Below, in pieces: positions 26,376 through 38,583 of a stretch of DNA of 64,000 bases. The stretch is from Tubiluchus corallicola (lineage: Eukaryota; Animalia; Priapulida), in contig JAQGDQ010000297.1 of NCBI GenBank assembly GCA_030141605.1, positions 224,537 through 288,536 on the forward strand, read 5' to 3'. A program made the position numbers and the translations under genes. The notes under the pieces were generated by a model. That model was not told where the DNA came from and did no database searches. It worked only from the letters and a program-made list of their open reading frames with translations. How positions within the stretch are numbered: the stretch's first letter is position 1; each line of letters opens with the position of its first letter.

Positions 26376-26549
26376 CTTTGAAAGGTTCCTTAGAAGCAAT
26401 ACGGTGTATATAAGAATTATTGGGCATCAAGTAGGCGCTCTTGTACCATGTTATTATTGGATAGGGATTAGCCGCAATGGCGTATTCGGCGCACATGCCT
26501 TTGTAGAAACAGGTTGGCACGTGCTTCAGATACAGAATCACTGGGATGC
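26376..26549 (-). CDS. Trk: Trk Ig2 (d5) N-terminal half, variant A (putative mutually exclusive exon)
   Basis: tcttttcctattcag|(G)IPVILYLKHVPTCFYKGMCAEYAIAANPYPIITWYKSAYLMPNNSYIHRIASKEPFK(G)|gtaaga; 174 nt, phase 1-1, open frame. It resembles vertebrate d5 C..F.V.GNP.P.L.W. Not in the ORF track. Confidence 0.88.
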
Positions 26550-27809
26550 CTGAATAGGAAAAGAGACAGAAGAACGTGTTAGTTTGTTAGTAGAAAGGAA
26601 AAGAAACGAAAACAGTTGTTGAAGGTATATTAGTATAATTAAGGTTTCTTCGTTCTTGATAATTGTTGCAATGAAATGCCAAGTTAATCAGTGGAAAGCG
26701 TAAGAAATATGAGAGCGTAAAGTAATTGGCATGACGTCAAAACAACTAGAAATATGTTAATAAAGAAACTGATTATCGTTTATACTTCATTGAGTCTGGC
26801 ACGTCCCTTCTATTTTCTTATCTGTATATGCAAAAGATTTTTCATCACACAAGTGTTAAAATTTGAAATTTCGATTCATTTTTTCAGAGTTTTCTACGCG
26901 TCGATATTTTGACGCAAGATCGCCCAGATAACAATATTCAAGCAGACAAGCCTGCAGTTATTACACCACTGCATAAAATTTCACTCGCTAAATGTGTGAA
27001 GACATGACGCACATCCTCTTACTGCAGTCCATTATCCGGTCGTTAGGTTATTATGAAGATAAATTTTTAGAAACGCTACAATCGTTTAATAACATAAGAA
27101 TAACCAGAGTATCAGCAAAATCAATGCGCAAACAAAAGGCAAAGAAATATGAATAAAAAATGTAAATTTATAATCGGCATAGTAATAAACAGGAAAAATA
27201 AAAGCAAAGTATATATGTAAAATGTTCAAAGAAAAACTGACAAAACATGAAACGAATTTGTTAAACAGATGATCATTATCATCATTCATACCAGATTTAA
27301 TTAAACAACAAAAACAAAGGCAACAAAAAACTAGTAAGAGAGGAAAGAAAGAGCGCATAAGAGAATAAAATAAGAGAGCAATCATTATTAGAATCCATTT
27401 GATATAGATTTAATGCGAAAACTCGAAACAAATTTTTTTAATAAAATGAGCGAAATACAGTCGTATTAGAATGCAGAAACGGGAACCGTCAGGGACACGA
27501 TAATGCTTCATAAAGCTGCTGTCGCTTTGTATAGTCCTGAAGTGATGCATATTATATTAACAAAGTTTCAGATTAACGATGCATACCGTAGGAACATTTG
27601 CTTTTTGACAAAAAAATCTAATTACATTATATATATATATATAATAATATATAAAACATCCGATGGATCAGCAAATTTTACAAGTTTGTTATAACACAGC
27701 ATGCAATCTCTTCACTATGATACGCAATAGAATAGCCCATTATTCTTTGCAGGTCCGTACAACTGTGTTAAAAGCCACGATTATTCATGTCCAACAAATT
27801 TTGACTTAC

Positions 27810-28079
27810 CCAAAACATTGAGTCGTACACTGGCAACACTTCTGCCCACAACATTCTCAGCAACGCAGACGAGGAAGCCATTGTCTTCAACGCTAACATT
27901 CTGCAGCTCAATTTCAGCCTGGACTGTCTTGTTGGACTCTGTGAAATATTCCACAGACAGATTTGAGGAGATCCAGAAGACCTTCGGTCGTGGCGACCCG
28001 GTGGCGGTACATACCACTCGAACGTCGTCCCCCGCTGTCACATTGATAACAGAGGGGGTGATGTCAGTCTTCGGGATAG
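27810..28079 (-). CDS. Trk: Trk Ig1 (d4) exon
   Basis: cttacag|(A)IPKTDITPSVINVTAGDDVRVVCTATGSPRPKVFW...LQNVSVEDNGFLVCVAENVVGRSVASVRLNVL(G)|gtaagt; 270 nt, phase 1-1. Confidence 0.95.
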
Positions 28080-29111
28080 CTGTAAGTAGAAAGACTATAG
28101 GTTAACAACGTATGTCACAGATTGGTCAGCTCTGTTAATACAATCGCGATGGACATAATCGAATTCTTGCTTATATGGACACAGTGATGGTAACAGCAGT
28201 CGCATGTGCATCTGCTGCCCGTGGACGTTACATAACAATCATGCATTAATGATCAAACCTCAAATAATTTTAGACATTTGTATGTTTTCACGTACGTAAT
28301 AATCTTTCCCAAACTGTGAAACCGCGAGAATTAAATATTAGGTGGAACAGTTTCTAAAAAGCACATTAAGTAATGAAATTTGTCCTGCTAAAGGTAAGAT
28401 GTTTGCGTCCACATTGAAGTTATGTTTAATTTAAGCGAATGCTGCATTGATGAGATACTATCGCACGTGTTGCACTAATTTGTGATTTAAAATAGAATAG
28501 ATTATTACTCATCTGCAGCTGCCTCAGCAGGTATTAATCAAATCAAGAGACAGGTGTTTGAACAAAGATGATTCATCTTTTTAAGTAAACATAACAAATT
28601 TAGAATTTCTTACCATCTTTCGAGCGTTTTAGAGTACAACTACATAGGAAAATAAGCGCAACCTTTATATACAGATGATGTTATATAAGCTATCGCTAAT
28701 CCTGTTATGCTACTATATAATCTGTGGCTGGGATTTATCCCATTCCAGAGTGATCCCGTTATGTAATTGCTAAAGGATGGAAATAGGTATTGCATAATGA
28801 ACCTTTCGAACTAGTTCTAAACTCATTTAATCGAGGGGGCGAGGGCATAGGTGAGTTATGCTGCATCGTGTACTTGGCTACGAAGTTAATCATTGTACAA
28901 CCGAGTTAGTAAATGGATGTATGACCCCCGGTGTGTAATCTTCGTTATGTTTTATTATAAAAATCTTAAAATATGTGTATTCTTATATTTTTCATTTCCA
29001 CCGAGAACGCGCCGTGTATTTGTTTCTTTATAATTCTTTCTTTTTTCTTTTTTTTGTACTACCTTATCATTGAAATGTTTCACACAGCAGTTATTGTATC
29101 GAATAACATAC

Positions 29112-29278
29112 CGCAACCGTATATATCGTAACTGAGTAGTTCGAACCGGCTGCTCCGATTTTTCGAATCGACGCAGGTGAGCTTGTCGACAATGTTGAAT
29201 AGTTCCGGATGATTCTGTGCCTTTAGCTGAAGCCATTTAATGCTACAATTGCATGGCAAAAAGTTGCCCTCCAGTTCT
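29112..29278 (-). CDS. Trk: Trk LRRCT cysteine-cluster exon
   Basis: tttcag|(L)ELEGNFLPCNCSIKWLQ...KLTCVDSKNRSSRFELLSYDIYGC|gtatgt; 167 nt, phase 2-1. Confidence 0.93.
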
Positions 29279-29442
29279 CTGAAACATCACAATGTTTTAT
29301 ACAAACAGCTTACCTTACAGAAAACATGTAACTGTACAGGCCTAAACTGTACCGAGGCAAGGGAGTGCTAATGCTAATGCTCAGCAGGTGAATTTGAGTT
29401 GAGACAGTGTCTGCTTGTCTTTGCGGGTTGGTACATTGGTCA

Positions 29443-29708
29443 AAACGCTGACCACTGTAAAGAGAGCCATTTAGGTTACACGTTGAAAGCACATGCTCAA
29501 AATGCTTCAAACGCTGATCACTATAAAGAAAGCCATTTAGGTTACACGTTGAATGCACATGCTCAAAATGCTTCAAACGCTGATCACTATAAAGAAAGCC
29601 ATTTAGGTTACACGTTGAATGCACATGCTCAAAATGCTTCAAACGCTGATCACTATAAAGAAAGCCATTTAGGTTACACGTTGAATGCACATGCTCAAAA
29701 TACTTCAA
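29443..29708. repeat. 66-bp minisatellite, ~4 copies
   Basis: aaacgctga recurs at 29443, 29509, 29575 and 29641; the copies are nearly identical. Confidence 0.95.
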
Positions 29709-29941
29709 TCAGATGCTTTAATCCTGTTTCTTATTGTTTACGAAATCCAATAAGACTTTTCTACGAATTTTATTAGACAGTTTTACTCATTCCAATTATA
29801 CGGTTAATTATATAAGTTATGCTTAGTAAAGCCGATAATTGCGAACGGCTGGCTGGCTGGCAAAATAACATAAGAACAAAAATATAGCCACCACCGAAAT
29901 GAATTATTATTTAAGTATAAATAAATTAAGAGAGAACTTAC

Positions 29942-30028
29942 AATTGTATAATAGGAGAAGCACTAGTGTCCGTTCTTCTCTCAAACGCTAACCAGTTGAT
30001 GTAAGAAATGTTATTTTGGTCCAGTTTA
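29942..30028 (-). CDS. Trk: Trk LRR3 exon
   Basis: attgcag|(V)KLDQNNISYINWLAFERRTDTSASPIIQ(L)|gtaagt; 87 nt, phase 2-2. Confidence 0.88.
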
Positions 30029-30111
30029 CTGCAATATAAGACACTTCTTAGATGATCTTGGATTGAATCACATAAAATTTTCTTTGTTCATCCATCATTA
30101 TCGTGTTTGGC

Positions 30112-30525
30112 GATGATAATGATGATGACACTGATGATGATGATGATGACGATGATGACGATGATGATGAAATCAATTACGATTGATAGTGATGATAGTG
30201 TTTTTGGCGAGATGACTGTAGTTATAGTGACAGCATGATTGTGATATCGTTGGTGATAGTTGAGATGACGATAATGGTGGTAATGATGACAATGACAAGA
30301 ATGATGGTTACATCAAAGATGAGATGATGACGAAGACTATGGTGATTGCGATAAAGACGAATCACAATGATAGCGATGATGGACACTGGTGATGAGCAGT
30401 CAATGATCCTGACAACAAAGATGATGAAGGGATGAATGTGATGATGACGATAATATGATGAAGATGATGATGAAGAAGACGAAGAAGAAGAAGAAGAAGA
30501 TGATGATGATGATGGTGATGATGAG
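30112..30525. repeat. Degenerate (GAT)n/(GAA)n low-complexity tract
   Basis: Seen directly. Confidence 0.85.
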
Positions 30526-31171
30526 ATGCCAATGTGAGGATAAGATGGACATCAAAATTTCGTTGTCGACGATAATTTGGATCGCCATTAACGAGTAACA
30601 TTAATTACAAAAATGATTGTAATGAATTTCGTATTGTATTGTGACTAAAGTCTGTCATTCATACAGGGAGTACTATAAATTACTGACTACTGACTGAGAG
30701 GTTGTGGAACTCCTTGCAGTTTGAATTGTGGGTAACCTTGAGCCCATATTGTCGCTTGTCCGTATTACTTAAATTCGGTTCTCTAATCCCACAGTATTTT
30801 GGTGATGTGTAATTGAACATTAAACTTACCGAGAAGTCGATACAGCTACCCTACTAAAATCAGTCGTTCATCATACATGCATAATGTTTGACTATCCAAC
30901 TCCTTATACAACTGTATTTCGTTAAGCTGTAATTGACCTTTGAGAGAGAAACACCCATTCAACATCACCCGAATAAAATCTGTCCTTCGTTTGGTGCTAA
31001 GTTATCAAAGCTTAGTTACCAGCTTCTTAGATCTTTTGAGTCTCGAGCCCTTAATGTAGTTTTGTTGGCTGAACCAATCACATTACTGCTTTGAAGCCAT
31101 TTAGATTAATATAGGAAAACCGAGCAAGAAAGTCTTAATGAATTAGCAGCGCTATTATTAGGCTGCACATT

Positions 31172-31524
31172 TAATTTGCAAAGAATCTTAAGACTTTCAA
31201 AACACCATAGTAAGTATATTTAAGCTGCTTTCGAAAAGCCATAAAGGAAAAAGACTCGGGCAACGGTAACGGTCTATGACTGAAGACAATCACAAATAAT
31301 TTGCGAAGAATCCATTTTCGGATTTCCATAACGCTATTTCGCGTATGTTTAAGCTTCTTTCGAAGGGCCACAAAGAAAATGGACGTGGGCAACGGTAACG
31401 GTCTCAGACTGAAAACTTTCGCAAATAATCCATTTTCGGATTTTCATAATGCGATAGCATGTATGTTTAAGCTGCTTTCGGAAGAGCACAAAGAAAAAAG
31501 TATGGGTAACGGTAACGGTCTCAG
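31172..31524. repeat. Three diverged tandem copies of a ~117-129-bp unit abutting the LRR2 exon donor
   Basis: aacggtaacggtct recurs at ~31262, 31391 and 31508, with shared tttaagct..tttcg..ag motifs. Confidence 0.85.
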
Positions 31525-31533
31525 GGTACTCAC

Positions 31534-31605
31534 ACAATTTTTAATTCCTTGTTGTTTCGAAACGCATCGTCGGACACCGTTAACAGGCTTGTGCGTTGTA
31601 TTGTT
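31534..31605 (-). CDS. Trk: Trk LRR2 exon
   Basis: ttttacag|(I)TIQRTSLLTVSDDAFRNNKELKI(V)|gtgagt; 72 nt, phase 2-2. Confidence 0.9.
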
Positions 31606-33257
31606 CTGTAAAATAAAAACAAAAAAAATAAATATTGCAAGAAAGAGAAACAACGAAGCGCCGAGTCAGAAAATTGGGAAGATTGCAATTACTATAGGAT
31701 AGAAGAAATAGCGTTAAAATCTCGATTTGTGAGATTTAATTGCAGCACAAATACTTTTTGTTTTATTTTTCTGATTCAGCAGGTTATATAGTTTTCCAGA
31801 AAAATTAACCTCGTGATTTGGCCTTGGGGAAAATTTTTTTAGGACCGGTTTAATTTTAGGTTCAGATGAGCACTTGAAAATGTACAAATTTGTGCTTGGC
31901 AAAGATAAGGGTTACAATGCTGTAATCACATGAGATTTTTGAGTTGAACTTATTAGTATTATGCTGTGCACCATTGTGATTATCTAGATAACAGCAGAAA
32001 AATAAAGTGAATACATCAGGATGCACTACCCTAAAAACTGTCCCGTCAAAGAATAGCCGAAAATGTATTTATTATTACCCTGTTTATTTGTCTCAGGTAA
32101 CTTTTCATTCCTACTAAAAAAAATTTCCTATACAATGTACTGCTCCAGACATTGTTATGTAAAATTTTAGAATCAGTGATTACTGAGAGTGGGACATTAG
32201 TTAGGTACGTGGCGTTATGTAAAGTCACACCCAAAACGTCACATTGTTGGAATACTCTCCTTCATTAAACAACTTTATTGATAATAAGGCAACATGGATA
32301 ATCGAAGTGATTATTAAAATAGTATATTGGATCATTTTATTTTTCTAATTATGGACTCTTGGTGCGAGAATGCACGTTTATCCCATTAAAACATTACCAA
32401 AGATATGACAATACCTACTTATTACATGCTCATAAGAATGCCAGTAACGACATAGTTGCTAAGGCTGATGCTGTGTCGGACGGTCCTAAAATTTAACCGA
32501 CCCTAAGTAATTTTACCCAAGGCTACCTCCTGGTGGGAATTTTTCTGTAGTACTACATAGCATCCTGATTCCCAAAAGGGTAGCCTCTGTATGCAGTTAT
32601 CAGATCACGTGACTAAACGAATGATTTCTATTGTTCTCATCTGCTTTTGTCTGACACAAATTTCTGAATCGAGCCCGCACACGAGAACAGGATGAGTTTG
32701 TCAAAGACAGAAAATTAAGCAGGATTAGTATGCGACAAAGTTGATAAAATGGTGAGCAATTAGGTTGGCTTATCGAGTCCGCAGACGAGCAAAAATCTGC
32801 GTCAGACAAGTTGCTGCAGGCAGATATTTACCGTGTGCGACTAGTATTAGTATGCTGGTGCAGAATTTTTTATATACGCTCGTTAATTGTTAATATCCTA
32901 TAGTTACCAATGCGCTTTCCAGCAGTTTCCGAAGTAATTTTTCTGCTACAGACGAGCAACGAGCGCATGTTTTTCCATGTTAGAATGGCAAAAATCACGG
33001 CAAAAAGCTGAACAACAAACTATTTCGCTAGTTTAGAAGTTAGTTCTCCTATTCACGTTTTAAGCACATAAACTACCTCGTTATAAAGAGTAATCGAACA
33101 GCACAAAATGTACTACGTTCAGGACTTGGCTTCAAAACAACCAAAATGGACAAACTTTTGACCTGCGACGTCGAAACAAGGTTGCAAGCTTGCAGTCCTG
33201 TGGATTTGGCTTGTTTTTTTAACAAAATAATATATAAACAGTGAGTTTGATACTTAC

Positions 33258-33332
33258 ATTTCATCCAGGTTAATATAGTTGCGAAACGAAGATGACGTGA
33301 TCTCAGTTAGGCCAGATTGATTGTAAATTACC
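33258..33332 (-). CDS. Trk: Trk LRR1 exon
   Basis: tgtttcag|xVIYNQSGLTEITSSSFRNYINLDE(I)|gtaagt; 75 nt, phase 2-2; resembles vertebrate Trk LRR1 (I.NQ..L..I.......Y..L). Confidence 0.9.
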
Positions 33333-34472
33333 CTGAAACATAATAACGTTTTACAATCATTATTGTTGCTGTATAATGTAGTGATAAAACTAACTAATCA
33401 GTTGGTTAGTTAAACCTGTTACTTCACCCAACAACAATGCTTTAAAAATAAAACGACAACAACAGCTTTACGGTTTCAAAAACATTGGGCTTATACAATT
33501 TTACCGCACAGGTTTTTACGGGTTTAAGCCTCTTAACGTTTGCGTACCTACAAACAGATTAATTCTGTTATAGTTTGTAGACGCGTTTGTCTATTTGAAG
33601 TTGGCAACGTATTAAAATAGTACGTCTAAAAGTTAGAGGCTTTTATTGCATTTTGTGCTTTCTGGCGATAGAAGTTCAGGTAAATTTCAGTTATTACATT
33701 TATGCGTTTTGGAAACCTTCGATGTTAATTACATTTTTAATTACATCAGCGGTCAGTTTCTACGTTTCTATCGCAATATAGGGAACTTATTAAATTAATA
33801 GATGCATAAGAAGTGTACTGATTTTTGAATACTATCAAAAGCACTAAACACAAAATAAACCCCAGTCTTCAGATAGGAAGACGTTTAAAGGAAAACCGGA
33901 CCCTTACTGTTTTTTCACGAATGACTTACGCGAAAGGACTATTATCACAGAAACGTAATTTCGTGTTCGCACGGGTAGTTAACAACATCAACCAAAAAAA
34001 ACAGGCGCTGTATCTCTCATTTTAAGTGTGTTAAGTTGTGACGCTGTGCACACGTTCGCGAGGTCATGTGTGTGGACAACGGTAAATTTTAAACTTGAAT
34101 TTTAAACTTAAAATTTGCCGAATTTTTGTATATTACGCTGATTGAACGATGTGCTGTAGTACTGTACTTCAATTTTCGCATCGTCTAAATACTTCAATAA
34201 ACACATACAACACGTTCTTGGAATGTATGTGCCGTTGAAAATTGTGTTCATTTGCGACGTAGTCACTAGCTGGGCTCGTCCATTGTTAATTAAGTTTGCA
34301 ACTTATTATTCAATTATCAGAAACGGTTTAGCATTATTACAGGTGTTAAAATCTATTGTTTTTGCCGCATTTCAAAATTGGATAAGGCATGAAAAATCAT
34401 CCTGTTTTCCTTTGAGCAAATTGATAAAGGCAATTGACGACGAGTTGATTGATTTGGATCTTGATGCTAAGC

Positions 34473-35089
34473 CAGTGGTTCCCAAAGTAGGGGTAAATTA
34501 CCCCCCGGGGGTAATATTGTTTTTTTTTGGTTGGGGGAATGGGCACCCCTCTGAAAATTTTTAAAACTTCGCTCCGAATGCATTTTACGTAGTTTTCTTC
34601 TCATGGGGTCCATCATTCGCACGTTCCCACGATCTCTGGTGCGATCCTGGGGAGAAGTCAAAGTTCACGATTGTTTCTTTGGTTTCTTCTCTATCGACAT
34701 TTCTGCACAGCGTTTAGAGTTTAGAGAAAGCTATGCCCCGGATTGAGAAACTGGCGTCCGAAAAACAGGCTCATCCGTCCCACTAACTGAGATTTTGTTG
34801 TGTCATTCATTTCTTCTTGTTTTCGTTTGTTCGAGTAATAATTACTCGAACGAACCTGCTCACTCAGTAATGAGCAGGTTCAGTAATTGTAATTCTTGTT
34901 TTGGCAACAATACAACAACAACACCTGGAAATTTATTTATGTCACGAGCAAACATAAATAATTTTGCTTGCTTGTGGCATATACGTGTGTTTACTTTTTG
35001 AGTTGGAGAAGTAGTACTAGGTGGGGGGTAATGGACACGACCGGGTTTCCCGATTTGGGTAACTGTCCGAGAAAGTTTGGGAACCACTG
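34473..35089. mobile_element. Non-autonomous hAT (Charlie/Buster-like) element
   Basis: Perfect 14-bp TIR cagtggttcccaaa / tttgggaaccactg and perfect 8-bp TSD tgctaagc (34465-34472, 35090-35097). Confidence 0.93.
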
Positions 35090-35488
35090 TGCTAAGCGGA
35101 AACTTCAAATTACGACTTTATACCACAGCAAGCCATCTAAACCTTTTTACCCAGATTCGCATGTAGCTCAGCAGATTGCAACTGCAATAAACGTAACTCA
35201 TACCGATTTTATATGAAAACCTCCTCCGGCTACTAAACGATTAACTAATAGCAAAAGCGGCGTTCGTCCACCGCTAGGTAGCTCTTGCGGCGGTTGACAA
35301 TACTGCTGAGCTGTAGTTGCATTACGTATCACGGATGACCATCATAAGCACAGTAGACAATAAAGCAGAATATTTTCGCGTTACTAACTATGTTTAAATT
35401 TACTTAAATTCAATTAACCACGATCCACGTCACATCAGAAACATTCATCATTTATTAATCCCAGCATGAGTAGCATGATTTATAAGGT

Positions 35489-36121
35489 ATGTTATGCAAT
35501 TTCGAGGAGATAATGTTGAAATACAGAATATAAAATGTACACACTTAAATTTGCCGCTTGGAAATAATGAAAGGAAAATAGAATCCATTGCCATGTCCTT
35601 TTTAACTGGCCAGGGGAATTTTAACAGCTTTTTGTATAGACTTAATATGAGTGATACTAGTTTATGTCCATGTGGAGAAGAAGAGCAAACTCCTCAGCAC
35701 ATTTTATTCAGATGTAATAAAGTAGATAATGCAAAAAGAATGCCGTTCATGGAAATAGCTGATGCCAATTATACACGTAATATTATGATTCAATCTGATA
35801 AAAATTTAATAATGGCTTTCACTAACCTGATCAGAGACAACTTTATACTAAGTAATTGTTAATTTAGGCCCGCTCCAGTATACAAAAATAAATTATGTAG
35901 TTGTGTAAAGTTAATTTGTTTGTATAATACTTGTGATTCGTTTGAAATTATATCTAATTTAACTATAAAATGTTATTCGTTGTACATAGTGTGAAACTGG
36001 ATTTAAAAGATTTGTTATGTGAAAATGTAATTTGTTGATTTGAGCCTGCAAAAAGAGGCACCTTTGTGTATATATATTCATTTCTTTAATAAAGATTTAT
36101 TATTATTATTATTATTATTAA
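35489..36121 (+). mobile_element. 5'-truncated non-LTR retrotransposon (R1/LOA/I-group-like 3' end)
   Basis: ORF 35494-35862 has LTGQGNF..FLYRL.....LCPCGEEEQTPQHILFRC (C-terminal CCHC). It is followed by a 3'UTR, aataaa and a (TTA)n tail, with 9-bp TSD ttataaggt (35480-35488, 36122-36130). Confidence 0.9.
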
Positions 36122-37545
36122 TTATAAGGTCATGCTAAAACCACAATGCTTAGTTAAAATCACATTAAGTAGAATGTAAGTTAAAGCCACAGTAATTAAA
36201 ATCACACAGAAGTAGAATTAGAACAATAATTTAATTAAATTAAAGTAAAATCACATTGGAATCACAGCAAAATTATTAGCGCCTAATGAATATTTCGGTT
36301 GACTAACGCAGCGTGAGGCTTACCTCGTTAACACCTGTCCACAATACACCAAGCCTGTTGCGAAGTCGACTAGCCGCGATCGTTGTTAATTAGGGTTACA
36401 TGTTTTCGCATGATAGCGAACAATAGGGCTTGGCTGCGATTTAACCGAAAACTGTCTTCGTGTAAATCCATATCATTTTGAGGCAAGCGATACGTATTTT
36501 AAATTTTTATGAAAAAACAGATTCATAAGAACGGTAGAAGGTGTTCGAAATGAAGCAAATCCATAATTTTGCATAAGCCTACATTAGAATGAAAGAAACC
36601 ACCACAGTGTAACAATGTATGGGTAGTTTCAAAACTACTACCGTTGTCTAGAAACAGCAAAAGGGTTATCTTTTTATCAGGTATGTAATAAGGTTGCCAG
36701 CAGAGTTGGAAGACATCATAAGCCTTCCCTTTTAACGGTTGTAAGTATGTGTATCTTAATATCCCTGCAACTTTGCTATTTTGAATTGAATATCAGGCCC
36801 TGCCATTAAAATTTTACGACTGAGATAGAGTTTGTAAACGGATTAGAGCTATTTGTCCTTTCTTCTACATGTGATTGCTGAAGATTCTACTTCTATGGGA
36901 GACAAGACTACAATACTGATTTCGTGAGAATCCATGGTTGAGATTCAAGTGCCGCAAAGGCATGCGGCGATTTTGATTTCCTAGCAAGACGAAGCAACAA
37001 TCGTCACTCGTCAACGACTACATGGAGATTCCAATGGTATTATGGAGGTTTTGTGATTTCCAATTACGTATTTCCGCTGTCAAACCGATTATTTGTATTT
37101 GTTTGCAACTGAGGTTTCGTGGTTTATGGTTTTTAAGCAATTAGGTTTTAATTAGTTACATTGCAAGCTATTGTAACTTTACAATTTATATGGTAAGTGA
37201 TTGCAATTATTGCCAGGAGTCATTTCTCAGTTACATACAGATCGTAAACGTAGGTCTTCACGCAGACCAGCGTCATTATTTACAGCTAGACAGCTAGTTA
37301 TTAATGACGGTATTTAACGCTTCAGTATGTACATCTGAAGTTGCAAGATTCATTTAAATTGCTGTAATGAAGCTTTGCTATGCATGTTATTTAATTAATT
37401 ACCACGAAATGTGTACAAGTCTCTCACAACCAGCAGTTATTTAATTGCAGCGTTGTGCGCGGCTTAGTCATGTAGTTGATTGATAATTAGGCCATTAGTA
37501 TTTTTCGTGTTTCCTGCCGCTCCATATCCTCTGTTATGCTGGAAT

Positions 37546-38583
37546 GCAGGTAAAAATGGCACGGATAGTAAAATATGAGTTTATGTGCATTAAATTAGTA
37601 TTATATTAGAATCAGAAGCAAACAAATTTTAATATTTGTTCTTTATTAGTTATTATTATAAGTAGACCGATGTTTATGACAAAGTCATAAACTTAAGATC
37701 CTGCAATATGACCAAAATTAGGACTTCACAATATTGTCTTCAATGAATTCACCATGCTTGATTACCTAAGAATTGCATTTCTTTTCAAAGAAATTACAAC
37801 TCTTTTGACCCGTGACCTTGGGTCAAAGTCAATTAATCTCCGATCACCCCATCCCGCTCAACTTGTCTCATCGAAACCTTTCATTTTCTATACTAGAAGC
37901 CACTATTCTTCAAAACTCAAAGAACGTATGTGACAATTCACCCATTTTCATGTTTTGGCACCTAGCGGAAATTTTTCTCACTATCTAAATGACCCACATT
38001 CAGTCAAGCATAAGAACTAAGGGCCCATCTGGCCGCATATGAAAAACTGTGGCCCTAGCTCAAAACTGTAGGAAGAAATAGAGCTTAACAAAAAACAGAT
38101 AGATGTCTACTGGCCCTTTTTGACCTTTTGCCCCAAGGTACTTGTTCCATAATTCGTTGTCTGACCTATTATAGGCAAATTAAAGATTATGTACTATACA
38201 AATAGAAAATGTTAAAATTGTGGAATGAACTTTTATCTCCAAATTTTCTATTTTTATATCTCAGGAAGATACCTATTGTTTACGAATACATGAAGCTAGA
38301 TGCTTAGTAGCTTGAACAGCATTTCCTTTTCATGCGCTTCTTTGCAGTATTTAACGGATTATCAAAACAACCTGTTAAGCAGCGTCTATTGTATATTACA
38401 TGTTGCATCATAATCATTTTAATTATTTTCTTATTATTGAAATTATCTGCATCAAAGCAATACATGTGCCATTTTTGAATACTTTTCCATTTGTGCCATT
38501 TTTACATACTTTTCCATTTTTGACATTTCTTGTGTGCCATTTTTGCCTGTGCCATTTTTACCTGTACCATTTTTACCATGCAC
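37546..38583. mobile_element. TIR-element relic with ~15-bp subterminal ggtaaaaatggcac repeats (same family as 48046-49101)
   Basis: ggtaaaaatggcac at 37549 faces multiple gtgccattttt copies at 38466-38580. 38410-38580 is the reverse complement of 48046-48169 joined to 48976-48998. Confidence 0.55.

Noticed and set aside
26550-27809. Further copies of the d5 variable exon (Dscam-like array) or docking/selector RNA pairings
   Set aside because: A manual scan of the flanking introns found no further open phase 1-1 homologue. Only a weak 6-bp hairpin (agtcta/tagact) overlaps the exon B donor, which is insufficient without comparative data.
29310-29776. ORFs with 22-aa His/Cys repeats resembling zinc fingers
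   Set aside because: They arise from a 66-bp intronic minisatellite open on both strands, lack C2H2 spacing, and have no compatible splice sites.
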